Shown here in pieces: positions 53,026 to 63,169 of a DNA stretch of 64,000 nt. Under the pieces are notes generated by a model that searched no databases, was not told the origin of the DNA, and was given only the letters and a program-made list of their open reading frames with translations. Source of the stretch: an uncultured Planctomycetaceae bacterium (lineage in GTDB: Bacteria; Planctomycetota; Planctomycetia; Isosphaerales; Isosphaeraceae); NCBI GenBank assembly GCA_963833985.1, contig CAWIAD010000002.1, positions 6,336,001-6,400,000 on the forward strand, written 5' to 3'. The translations under genes and the position numbers were made by a program. Every line of letters starts with the position of its first letter. Within the stretch, counting starts at the first letter, position 1.

Positions 53026-55248
53026 ATGCTCCAGATCAAGCTGACCGATGGTTCGATCAAGGAATACCCTGAAGGGACGCGCCCGCGCGAGGTGGCCGCG
53101 GGCATCGGCAAGCGGCTGGCCGAGGCGGCTGTGGCCGCGGTGGCGGGCGGCACGATCGTCGACCTGGACCGGCCGCTGGAGAACGGCAGCGCCGGGCCGA
53201 TTGAGCTGCGGATCCTGACGTCCAGAGACCGTGAGGCGCTCGACGTGCTGCGGCACTCGACCGCGCATATCATGGCCCGGGCCATCATGCGGCTCTTCCC
53301 GGGCGTGCGGCTGGCCTTCGGGCCGACCACGGCCAGCGGATTCTACTACGACGTCGAGCTCGACGGCCGCAGCCTTTCCGAGGAGGACTTCCCGGCCATC
53401 GAGGCCGAGATGGCCCGCATCCTCAAGGACGCCGAGCCCTTCGAGCGCTTCACCATGCCGGTGGACGAGGCGCGGCAGTTCGTTGCCGACCTCGGCCAGA
53501 CACTCAAGGTGGAGCATATCGACGACGAGCTGCACAGGTTCGGCACGCTCAGCTTCTATCGCCAGGGCGAGTTTGTCGATCTCTGCCGCGGGCCGCACAT
53601 CCCCCACGCGGGCAAGGTCGGCGCGTTCAAGCTCCTCTCCATCGCGGGCGCTTACTGGAAGGGACAGACCGACCGCAAGATGCTCCAGCGCGTCTACGGC
53701 ACGGCCTTCTTCGACAAGAAAGAGCTCGACGCCCACCTGGCGCATCTCGAGGAGGCGAAGAAGCGCGATCACCGCAAGATCGGCAAGGAGCTGGGCCTGT
53801 TCACCATCTCTCCGCTGGTGGGCAGGGGCCTCATCCTCTGGATGCCCAAGGGGGCCGTCGTCCGGGGCATCCTCGAGACCTTCATGAAGACCGAACTCAT
53901 GAAGCGCGGGTATCAGCCGGTGTACACGCCGCACATCGGCAAGATCGAGCTGTACAGGACCAGCGGCCATTACCCCAAGTACCGCGACGGCCAGTTCCCG
54001 CCGCTCCGGATGCTCTCCAATGACGCGGCCAAGGAGCTGCTCGACGGCCTGGTCGCCGACACGCTGAACGACGGCGCCCAGCGCATCTTGCTGGGGAAGG
54101 CGGGCATTCCCGAGCACCTGCCGGTCCTCCAAACCGGTCCCGACGGCCAGCAGGCGCCCGGGATGTCGCGCTCGTTCTTCGAGATGAACGTCCCCGAGCG
54201 CATCGCCTACCTCGAGCAGACTTGCGATTATGAAGAGTACTTGCTCAAGCCAATGAATTGCCCGCACCACATCCAGATCTACGCGGCCCAGCCGCGGAGC
54301 TACCGCGATCTGCCCTTGCGGCTGGCCGAGTTCGGAACGGTGTACCGTTACGAGCAATCCGGAGAGATCGGCGGCATGACGCGGGTGCGCGGGTTCACCC
54401 AGGACGATGCCCACCTGTTTTGCACACATGACCAGGTGCGTGAGGAGTTCCGCGCCACGATGGAGCTGACTCAGTTCGTGCTCGGCGCGCTGGGACTGAA
54501 CGATTACCGCATGCGTCTGTCGAAGCACGACCCGTCCGACCCGAAGTTCCAGGGTGTTGACGGCGACGTCTGGCGGCGGGCGGAAGACGAGATCGAAGCC
54601 GTCCTCCGGGAGATGGGCTTGCCTTTCTTCGTGGGCACCGGTGAGGCCGCGTTCTACGGGCCGAAGGTGGACTTCATGGTCCGCGACTGCATTGGCCGCG
54701 AGTGGCAGCTTGGCACCGTGCAGCTCGATTACGTGCTCCCCGAGCGGTTCGCGCTGGAGTACATCGGGCAGGACAACCACACGCATCGCCCGGTGATGAT
54801 CCATCGGGCTCCCTTCGGCAGCCTGGAACGTTTCCTGGCCATCCTGATCGAGCACTTCGCCGGCGCCTTCCCGCTCTGGCTGGCTCCCGAGCAGGTGCGC
54901 GTGCTGCCCATCTCCGAGAAGGTGGCCGACTACGCCGCCGAGGTGCTAGCTGCGCTGGTGGCAGCGGGCTTCCGCGCCACGCTCGACCACCGGCCCGAAA
55001 AGATCAACGCCAAGATCCGCGACGCCCAGCTCGAGAAGATTCCGGCCATGCTCGTCGTCGGCGCCAAGGAGGCGGATCAGCGGGCCGTCTCCTTTCGCGA
55101 CCGCACCGCCGGCGACCTGGGGGCGATGCCGCTGGAGCAGGCGCTGGTCCGGCTCAGGCAGGAAGCCGAGGCTCGTACCGTGCCCATGGTCGCCGTGGAC
55201 CCCGGGCCGGCCGTTGCCGAAGAAGGCGGCGAGCAGCACGCGTACTGA
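53026..55248 (+). CDS. thrS: Threonine--tRNA ligase
   Basis: TGS domain, RHSTAHIMA, DLCRGPH, RDHRKIG, KPMNCPHH, RYEQSG, AFYGPK and HRAPFGSLERF. Confidence 0.98.
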   Translation: MLQIKLTDGSIKEYPEGTRPREVAAGIGKRLAEAAVAAVAGGTIVDLDRPLENGSAGPIELRILTSRDREALDVLRHSTAHIMARAIMRLFPGVRLAFGPTTASGFYYDVELDGRSLSEEDFPAIEAEMARILKDAEPFERFTMPVDEARQFVADLGQTLKVEHIDDELHRFGTLSFYRQGEFVDLCRGPHIPHAGKVGAFKLLSIAGAYWKGQTDRKMLQRVYGTAFFDKKELDAHLAHLEEAKKRDHRKIGKELGLFTISPLVGRGLILWMPKGAVVRGILETFMKTELMKRGYQPVYTPHIGKIELYRTSGHYPKYRDGQFPPLRMLSNDAAKELLDGLVADTLNDGAQRILLGKAGIPEHLPVLQTGPDGQQAPGMSRSFFEMNVPERIAYLEQTCDYEEYLLKPMNCPHHIQIYAAQPRSYRDLPLRLAEFGTVYRYEQSGEIGGMTRVRGFTQDDAHLFCTHDQVREEFRATMELTQFVLGALGLNDYRMRLSKHDPSDPKFQGVDGDVWRRAEDEIEAVLREMGLPFFVGTGEAAFYGPKVDFMVRDCIGREWQLGTVQLDYVLPERFALEYIGQDNHTHRPVMIHRAPFGSLERFLAILIEHFAGAFPLWLAPEQVRVLPISEKVADYAAEVLAALVAAGFRATLDHRPEKINAKIRDAQLEKIPAMLVVGAKEADQRAVSFRDRTAGDLGAMPLEQALVRLRQEAEARTVPMVAVDPGPAVAEEGGEQHAY

Positions 55249-55543
55249 CGTTCCGGGGATCTCTCTGTCGATGAGCCCAAATCCGCCCGCGGCTCGATGG
55301 ATGGGAAGATCCCGGTGCGAGTCAGCTCGACGGAGAGAAAGTGGGCGTTGACGCTGGCACGCCTTCGAGTCCGGGTTATGATGTTCCGTTCCGGTTCCCT
55401 GGAACCTTGCACCGCGTGACGATCGAGTCTCCAGTGAGCGTGATCATTCCAGGGCTCTTTCTTGTTGAAGCATTTCATCGTGCCTTGCTGTCCCGTACCG
55501 TAACCTGACGAGGTTGTCGACACGCCTCAGGAGCCACATCATC

Positions 55544-57342
55544 GTGAACAAGCGGGCCACTCGCACAGTCCTGGTCATCGCGCTTGGCGCGGGTCTGGGA
55601 TATGTGACCGCGACATTTCGGACCACGACGGAACACTCTGCCCTGGCCGCGCCTGCGGAGGAACTCGTTTCCAGTTCTCCGAATCCGTTGATCTCAACGA
55701 CAACTGTGAGCGATTGTTCCAGCCGGGCCAACCGCGGCGCCATGGTGGCGCTGGCGACAACCGGACTGGTGACCACCGGCGCGGCGCCGCCCAGGCTGGC
55801 AAGAAGCCCAACATCCTGGTGATCTGGGGCGACGACATTGGCATTCACAACATCAGCGCCTACAGCCTGGGCGTGATGGGATACCGAACGCCGAATATCG
55901 ACCGGATCGCCAGGGAAGGCGCCCTGTTCACCGACTTCTACGCGCAGCAAAGCTGCACAGCCGGGCGGGCGTCGTTCATCCTCGGCCAGCACCCCTTCCG
56001 CACCGGACTGCTGACGATTGGCATGCCCGGATCGCCGCACGGCATTCCGGACTGGACCCCGACGATCGCCGACCTGCTCAAGGCTCAGGGCTACGCGACC
56101 GGCCAGTTCGGCAAGAACCACCTCGGTGACAACAACAAGCACCTGCCCACCGTGCACGGGTTCGACGAGTTCTTCGGCAACCTCTACCATCTGAACGCAG
56201 AGGAGGAGCCCGAGGGGTATTACTATCCCAAGGACCCCGAGTTCAAGAAGAAGTACGGGCCGCGCGGAGTGCTCCACACCTGGGCCACTGACCAGGATGA
56301 CGCGACCGTGGATCCCAAGTGGGGCAGGGTCGGCAAGCAGAAGATCGAGGACACCGGGTCGCTCACGAGAGCGCGGATGCCGACCATCGACGAGGAGATC
56401 TACGCCAGGGCCACAGACTTCCTGGACCGGTCCGTCAAGACAGAGAAACCCTTCTTCGTATGGTTTAATAGCACGCGCATGCACGTCTGGACGCGGCTCA
56501 AGAAAGAGAGCCAGGGGCGAACCAGCGTCGGACTCTACCCTGACGGCATGGTTGAGCACGACGACATGGTCGGCCAGTTGCTCAAGAAGCTTGACGACCT
56601 GGGCGTCGCCGACAACACCATCGTCATCTATGGAACCGACAACGGGGCCGAAACGGTCAGCTGGCCCGACGGCGGCACCACACCGTTCCGGGGCGAGAAG
56701 GGGACGACCTCCGAGGGGGGCTTCCGCGTCCCCTGCATGATTCGCTGGCCCGGCGTCATCAAACCGGGGACAATTCTCAACGAGATCGCCTCGCTGGAAG
56801 ACTGGATGCCCACCCTGCTGGCGGCCGCGGGCGAACCCGAGATCGTCCAGAAGCTCAAGAACGGCTACGAAGCTGGCGGGAAGTCCTGGAAGATCCATGC
56901 CGACGGCTATAGCCTTCTGCCCTTGTTGAAGGGCGAGTCCACCAAGAGCCCGCGCGAGGAGATCTTCTACTTCGGCCAGGGAGGAGAGCTCAATTCCGTG
57001 CGCTGGAATGACTGGAAAGTCAACTTTGCCACCATGGAGGGGAACATCGCCACCGGCACCCGCAAGGTCACCGGCTGGCCCTTGATCATCAACCTGCGGG
57101 CCGACCCGTATGAGAAAGCCCCGTTCGAGTCCGGTATGTACATCCGCTGGTACGGCGACAACCTCTGGCTCTTCGTGCCGGTCCAGAACAAGCTCAAGGA
57201 GTTCCTCAGCACCATCCCTTTGTTTCCGTTTCAGGAGGGGAGCAGCCTGAACGCCGCCGGGATCAACTACCAGACGCTCAGGGCGGCCAACGCTCTCAAG
57301 CGGCTCAATGAAATGGAGACCCTGGGGCGACCGAGCAACTGA
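55544..57342 (+). CDS. Arylsulfatase (Cys-type, formylglycine-dependent), frameshift near 55785
   Basis: The N-terminal signal is in ORF 55514 (GTG 55544, AGGAG RBS). KPNILVIWGDDIG, SCTAGRA (CxAxR), GKNHLG and TDNG. Confidence 0.92.
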
Positions 57343-57592
57343 GATTGATGCCGTCGAACTCCGCGATGGCTTCCCCGGCCCTGCGCTCGCCCTCCCGTGG
57401 ATCGGCCCGAACTTCGGGATGGGCGGGGCGCTGCGGGCTCCGGGGATTGTAGCGATTGTAGTGATCTTATCGCCCGATCGGGCCGATAATTGTTCAAGCA
57501 ACATCCTGTGATTGCCTCGTCGTGAGCCGCATTGTCTGGCCCTCACGACGAGACCCGACTCCGCATGTCCACTATTTCCCTGGAGGACGACG

Positions 57593-59107
57593 ATGCCTCG
57601 CCCCATGGTCGCCGCGCTGGCGATACTGGCTGCCAGCGCGACGAATGCGTTCGCGCAGGGGATCATCGCGCCCACGGCCGGACCGATCAACAGCTCCATG
57701 GCCGGGGCCTCGGTCGCGGCCCCGGTCGATTTCGGCGGCAGCTACTGGAACCCGGCCATCCTCAGCGGCCTGCCGCGCAACGAGTTCCTGCTCGGCTCGC
57801 AACTCCTCATTCCCAGCTACCACCTGACCTCCAGCCTGCCCGCTGGTGCCATCGCCGGCATCTTCCCGCCGACGGGCCGCTACGGCGTGGCCCGCAGCGA
57901 CAGCGGCGTCGCCTCCAACCTCGCCACGGGTGTCTCCTTCCGGCTCAGTGACGATTCCAGGACCACGTTCGGCATCGGCGTCTTCGGCCTGGTGGGCGGC
58001 GGGGTCAATTACGCCGGCAGCAACACCACCCCCGTCCTCACTCCCCGGCAGCCCCCCAACTACCTCGGAGTCGGACCGATCTACTCGAGCACCTCGTTCC
58101 TGGCCATCTTGCTGACGGGCTCTCAGCAGGTCACTGACCGCCTGGCCATCGGCGGCGGGCCGATGATCGTCACCGGCCCCTCGGCGTTCAACCCGGCCTT
58201 CTTCGCACCGGGGCCCAAAGATCAGTATGGTTTGCCGACCTTCCCCGCGGGGACCAACGCCCGGCCGTTCTGGGGCGCCGGGTTCCAGATTGGCCTGCTG
58301 TATAACCTGAGCGACAACTGGAACATCGGCTTCTCGTACAAGAGCCCCGTCTGGCAAGAGCGGTACGGCTTCAACGCCTCCACCCCGGACCTCGCCGCGC
58401 GGCGGATCGGCATCCAGTCACAAGTGCCGGAGATCCTCTCGTGGGGTATCGCCTACAAGGGCTTCGAGCGGGCCCTCATCGACGTCGACCTCCGCTACCT
58501 GGATTACAAGAACACCACGCTGTATGGCACCAAGCCGATCGACGGCGGCCTGGGCTGGAGCAGCGTCTTCGCCGTTGCCCTCGGCGGCCAGTACCAGGTG
58601 ACCGATCGCCTCACCCTGCGATCGGGCTACCTCTACAACACCAATCCGATCAAGGGTACGAACACGCTCTTCAACATCCAGGCGCCCGGGTTCTTGCAGC
58701 AGATGTTCGCGGTTGGTGCGTCGTACCAGCTCACCGACGACATCGTTGTCACGGCGGCCTGGACGCATCAGTTCCGCAATGAGATCTCGGGCCCCGTTCT
58801 CCAGATCCCCGGCGAACGGATCAAGCTCGACGGGCAGACTGACTCCATCATCATGGGACTGAACGTCCGCTTCGGTGGGCGCGGGAGCCGGGTGGACAAT
58901 TCCGTCTCCGAGACGCCGATCCTTGTCCCACAGCCCCCGACCAGCCCCGCCGCGACCGATCCGGTGCTGCCGGAGGACGCATCTGCACCCGCTTTACCGT
59001 CGACCGCGGCCGCCCATGCCCCTGCCGCCGTCCCGGCGCCGTTGCCCCCGCTGCCGTCCGCGGCTCCGGCCGTCGCGACAAGCCAGCCGGGGACGACACG
59101 GCCATGA
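57593..59107 (+). CDS. OmpP1/FadL-family outer-membrane transport protein with Pro/Ala-rich tail
   Basis: Signal peptide. SMAGASVAAP..YWNPA hatch motif, amphipathic beta strands and LTLRSGYLYN. Confidence 0.82.
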   Translation: MPRPMVAALAILAASATNAFAQGIIAPTAGPINSSMAGASVAAPVDFGGSYWNPAILSGLPRNEFLLGSQLLIPSYHLTSSLPAGAIAGIFPPTGRYGVARSDSGVASNLATGVSFRLSDDSRTTFGIGVFGLVGGGVNYAGSNTTPVLTPRQPPNYLGVGPIYSSTSFLAILLTGSQQVTDRLAIGGGPMIVTGPSAFNPAFFAPGPKDQYGLPTFPAGTNARPFWGAGFQIGLLYNLSDNWNIGFSYKSPVWQERYGFNASTPDLAARRIGIQSQVPEILSWGIAYKGFERALIDVDLRYLDYKNTTLYGTKPIDGGLGWSSVFAVALGGQYQVTDRLTLRSGYLYNTNPIKGTNTLFNIQAPGFLQQMFAVGASYQLTDDIVVTAAWTHQFRNEISGPVLQIPGERIKLDGQTDSIIMGLNVRFGGRGSRVDNSVSETPILVPQPPTSPAATDPVLPEDASAPALPSTAAAHAPAAVPAPLPPLPSAAPAVATSQPGTTRP

Positions 59108-60387
59108 TGACGCGGTTGATGGCGATCCGGCGCATGGCTCTTCTGGTCTGCGGTGCGGTCAGCGCGTGTGCCCTGTCCGGCTGTGCGTTCGGCCCCAAGG
59201 TGCTGGAGAAAACGCACTGGCGGTACCAGGAGGCGGTGCGCCAGGTCGACGAGGAGCAGTTGCTCAGGAACCTGGTGCACCTGCGCTACAGCGAGCTGCC
59301 GCTGGCCCTGAACGTCTCGTCGATCGCGGCCCAGTACGAGCTGACCGGCGCGGCGGAGGCCCGCCCCTTCTTCCTGGCGCCCAATCCCAGCAACAGCAAT
59401 GTCATCTTCAAGACGTTCACATCCATCCTTCCCGACCTCTCCGTGAGCGGAGCCAACCGGCCCACGATCACCCTGGTGCCCGGCGATACCGGCGAGGCAG
59501 TCCAGCGCTTCCTGACACCGATCCCGACCGAGACCCTCGTCTTCCTGAGCGAGTCGAGCTGGCCAGTGGCGGTGGTCTTGCGGCTCTGGGTCGAGCGGCT
59601 CAACGGCGTGCCGAACGCGGTGACGGCCAGCGGCCCCGCGCGCGGCGTCATCTCCGACCACGAGCGCTTTCTCCGTGTGGCCGGACTGCTTCAGCATGCC
59701 CAGGACCATGAACTGGCCACGATCCGCACGGAGCAGCGCGATCGCGTCCTGAGCGGCCCGATCGCGGGGTCTTCCATGACCGCGGCCTCGCTGGTCGATG
59801 CCGCGCGTGCCGGCATGGAATACCAGGCCTCCCCGGACCGCCAGAGCTGGGTCCTGGTGCGCAAGGAAGAGAAGCTCATGATCCGGGTGAATCCCCGCGC
59901 GGTCGATGCCCCCGAGGTCCGGGAGATCGTCGGGCTGCTGAACCTGCGGCCGGGCCAGCTTTACTACGACGTCGTCGTGGCGCCCGGCGACGTACCCGAC
60001 CCCCTGCTCTACCCGCGTCCCCCGTCGTCCGAGCTGCGGATCTCACCTCGTTCCACCTCGCAGGTCTTCTTTTACCTGTCCAATGGCGTGGAGGTGCCCG
60101 CCGCTCACCAGCAGTGCGGACTGGTGAAGCCCACGGTGAACGCCCAGGGGGAACCCATGGACAGCCGGGCGCTCACCCGCGGCCTCTTCGAGGTCCACGC
60201 CTGCTCGGGCCACAAGCCGCCGCCCACCGCGTATCTCGCCGTCAGGAACCGGGGCTACTGGTACTACATCGACGACCGCGACCAGGCCAGCAAGTCCACG
60301 CTCTCCCTGGTGCTCCAGCTCAGCCGGCTCGATTTCGGCACCCAGAAGGCGACCGGCCCCATCCTCACCTTGCCGGTGGGCCGCTGA
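59104..60387 (+). CDS. Conserved hypothetical lipoprotein
   Basis: Lipobox LSGC. EQLLRNLVHLRY..P, PTITLVP and YWYYIDDRDQASKST. Overlaps the FadL-like stop (ATGA). Confidence 0.8.
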   Translation: MMTRLMAIRRMALLVCGAVSACALSGCAFGPKVLEKTHWRYQEAVRQVDEEQLLRNLVHLRYSELPLALNVSSIAAQYELTGAAEARPFFLAPNPSNSNVIFKTFTSILPDLSVSGANRPTITLVPGDTGEAVQRFLTPIPTETLVFLSESSWPVAVVLRLWVERLNGVPNAVTASGPARGVISDHERFLRVAGLLQHAQDHELATIRTEQRDRVLSGPIAGSSMTAASLVDAARAGMEYQASPDRQSWVLVRKEEKLMIRVNPRAVDAPEVREIVGLLNLRPGQLYYDVVVAPGDVPDPLLYPRPPSSELRISPRSTSQVFFYLSNGVEVPAAHQQCGLVKPTVNAQGEPMDSRALTRGLFEVHACSGHKPPPTAYLAVRNRGYWYYIDDRDQASKSTLSLVLQLSRLDFGTQKATGPILTLPVGR

Positions 60388-60790
60388 CCCTTCCCAGGCG
60401 GTTCGGACAATCGAATCCATTCATTCCCCACTGCCACAGCCACAGTCGCGCCGGCCAGCCTGCCGGAAATTGGGTTCCTTCTGCGCCCGCTCGCACCCCA
60501 TTTTGTAGACGTTACTCTTTTTATTGTATATGTTTAGAGTGTCTCACCAATTTGGCTTCGTTCCCTCGATTTGTACGTGACTTCCAGCCTTCTGTGCTGC
60601 GTCAGCCCCGGACCCTTGCGGCGTGTCGCTGCCCGGTTCGTGGGTCCAGCCCCCCGGATGTAGGTCAGCCTTCGGACCCGTGAAATTGGCTTCGATCCCG
60701 CGATCCCGGCTCGAAGCCATCGGACGTTACTTGTTCCGGAACAGTGACTTACACATCGTTTTTCGATTGAACGACCGTAGCGAACGACGG

Positions 60791-60822
60791 GTAGGGTGGG
60801 TCGAGCGTTGCGAGGCCCACCG
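60791..60822 (+). repeat. Single GTAG-type REP
   Basis: GTAGGGTGGGTCGAGCGTTGCGAGGCCCACCG, nearly identical to 5099-5130. Confidence 0.85.
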
Positions 60823-61348
60823 GCTGGCAGAGTTCCGCATGCGCCCGGCTGCACCCGCCCCACGACATCCCGGAACGATGCCGTCCTCTGCGCTCTTTCC
60901 GGATCGTTGTCCCCGGTTGCAAGTCCTCTCCTCCTTTCCGGGACCGAGCCCGGCAGACCAGCGCGTCGCCCGGCCGCGGCTCAGCGCGCTGGTCTCAACC
61001 ATCGGCCGGATTGTCAAGGAGCAAGGAGCGTCGGACCATCCTGTCCTGTATTCAGTTTACGGCAGGTTCCCACCATCCGCGATCAGAATCCCACCACCCC
61101 GCCGTCTCCCATCGCGGAGTGGCCTCGATCTCATTCCCCAGGAGGCAGGGCCAAAGCGCCTCCTGGTTCGTCCGCTTCGTGACATCGGAGCTTCGCGTGG
61201 CAGTCCAGATGCACCCGTGCCCTGAGCATGGAGCGTCCGTACACGTGCGCAGCTTCGTGGATCACGGGCATCCGTGCACGTGCGCAGTTTTGTGGAGTAC
61301 GGAACCGATAGCCAGGTGCTCCAGCGTCGTGGAGTTTGAAACGGGAGT

Positions 61349-61424
61349 CCACTGCTCTATCGCCGTGGGGATCCGGGCGGATGGCCACTGCTCCATCGCC
61401 GTGGAGATCCGGGCGGATGGCCAC
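61349..61424 (+). repeat. 36-bp tandem duplication
   Basis: CCACTGCTC(T/C)ATCGCCGTGG(G/A)GATCCGGGCGGATGG twice. Confidence 0.9.
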
Positions 61425-61629
61425 GTGCGTCAGTACGTGGTTTTCACGGGCGCAGCCTCCAACCTCGGCCGTGAGGCCGACCAGAACCCAGTCGCGAATC
61501 CCACCACCCGCTTGACCGCCGTCCTCGTCGCGCCCGCGATCGTCGCATGCCGCGCCGCTCGGACACGTGCAGACGTCCCATGTCTTGTAGCAACCTCTCG
61601 TTTAGGTTTCCCCGGTGTTTCAGGTGAGC

Positions 61630-61855
61630 AGAGCCACGCAGAGTCCTCCAGCGGGGCGTCCAAGTCGGGGGCCATCCAGTGCTTCGTGTCCTTCGCTGTG
61701 CCGGGCTGACAGGGCCATGTCGTCCGAGCTGGCTTGGTAACGATGGCTTTCGGTTCACCCTCCATGGTCAGTACCAGTTCCTCGCCCGGAACCATCCCTT
61801 CGACGAGTTGGTGCAGCGAGCCGACAGCGACATCGAACGGCAATTTACGTGGCAT
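61630..61855 (-). pseudogene. Phd/DUF2281-like antitoxin with corrupted 3' end; partner toxin absent
   Basis: LHQLVEGMVPGEELVLTMEGEPKA..PGTAKD..WMAPDLDAPLED. It reads on into unrelated sequence instead of stopping. Confidence 0.65.
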
Positions 61856-62401
61856 TTGCATGCTCCCTGAGGTTCGGCTTCTGACGACGGCTGAGCCAGA
61901 CACCCGCCACCTTCGCCACGTTCAGTCCTTCTTCATGGGGATCATCGAGGAGGGCATGGTGAGCCCTCATTGAGTTCTGCGTAACACCGGTTGAATCGGT
62001 CTCGGTTGGCCCCCGCGATGCGGCGAGGCTTCTCTGCCGCGAACGGCGGGTGCATTGATCTAACCCTTCGCGACCACATCTTGACCCCGGGTCATATCGC
62101 GTCCGGCCGAGCTGACAGACGCGTGGCTCGATCCCGGAGCGGCCCGGCTCTCCAGGCGGCTCGTCGGTCGCGCCGTCAACGCCCCGAGGTTCGATTCCAG
62201 GATCAAGTCGATTCGCCGATGCACTCAGTTTAACCGGCCCTTCGGCGGCGGGGAGAGGGTCCACCAGACCGCCGTCGCGCCGGCCCGGTCTCCGCACTCA
62301 CCATCCCGGGCAGTTCGGTCCTGGAGACCCGCTTAATGGAAGCCGGCCGATGACGGTTCGCTTCCCACGTGATCCGACCTGCCGCATGCCTCGATACGTC
62401 C

Positions 62402-62764
62402 TCATCGAGAGCGCCGTTTCGTTTGTCGCACAGGCTGTGCGACAATTTCCGGCGTCCAGTAAGCGAGATAGAACGCACGCATGCGGAATACGTTGCTGCG
62501 GGAAAACCCGCCCACGCCGGGGAGGGCTTTTTGAAGGTCATCGGCGAGCCGCTCAAGCACCTGCTGTCCCCAGTTCGCCTGTTCCTTCCGCTGGACGAGC
62601 TCCCGGCCAATCTCCCAGTAGAGGCGAATCAGCTCCCGGTTCACGGAGAGCGCTGCCTGCGTCTGGGCATGGCGAAAGCGGGCCTTCAGCGATTCCAGGA
62701 ACTCGGCGTAGTCCAGCGGCAGGTCGGGGGCCGTGGTGAGGCCGCCTTGTTTCTTGCGGGCCAT
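62402..62764 (-). pseudogene. DUF1016/YhcG-family nuclease, N-terminal domain only
   Basis: YAEFLESLKAR..AALSVNRELIRLYWEIG..WGQQVLERLADDL..GFSRSNVFRMRAFY..IVAQPVRQ, then a premature end. The PD-(D/E)XK domain is missing. Confidence 0.85.
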
Positions 62765-63053
62765 CAGTCCCCTTCGTCCATCGGTTTGCCTCGCACCTGG
62801 CCCGTGAGCAGCATCTGTATGAGGCCTTTCTTCCTTCTGGGCCTTGAGCGCTTCCAGTTCCTTGCTCGAGAGGTCGAGATCGCGGTCCGTTCCCCGGAAA
62901 GAAAGGTGATCTTCCTTTGCTCCTAAATTGTGGGTAGCGGAATGACCGTCCTGGGAGAGAGGCCATCCCGAAGGAAGCCGGCTGATGACCGCACTCTTCC
63001 CATGTGATCCAACCTTCCGGCACGCCCACTATGTCTCCCTCGAATCCCCTCAT
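62764..63053 (-). pseudogene. hsdS: Type I restriction-modification specificity subunit remnant
   Basis: Across frameshifts: IPLPTI*EQRKI..DRDLDLSSKELEALKAQK/KGLIQMLLTGQVR. A possible N-terminal VGVPEGW. The stop overlaps the DUF1016 start (TGATG). Confidence 0.7.
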
Positions 63054-63169
63054 CGCGTCCTGTATCAGTTTGCGGCAGCTTCGCAGCGCAAGCGGTCAGC
63101 AACCCACTCCCTCGACGTCTCCCCTCACTGAGTGGCCTCGATCCAATTCCCCAGGAGGCAGAGCCCAAT

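Larger units (their letters stand above)
61037..63165. repeat. ~115-bp diverged direct repeat (61037-61152 and 63051-63165)
   Basis: Core GAGTGGCCTCGATC..ATTCCCCAGGAGGCAG. 13 mismatches over an ungapped 74-bp stretch by manual alignment, extending upstream through TCCTGTA(T)TCAGTTT.CGGCAG. Confidence 0.8.

Noticed and set aside
53995..54240. ThrRS insertion as an intein
   Set aside because: Too short, and it lacks the C-terminal His-Asn followed by Cys/Ser/Thr.
934..57342. Many frameshifted genes as programmed frameshifting, phase variation or mass pseudogenisation
   Set aside because: Isolated indels occur in about 11 unrelated genes, mostly in GC runs, with no in-frame stops or shared slippery motif. 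Long-read consensus error is the simplest explanation; read polishing would confirm it.
61349..61424. 36-bp repeat as a mini-CRISPR
   Set aside because: Two directly adjacent copies with no spacer, i.e. a simple tandem duplication.
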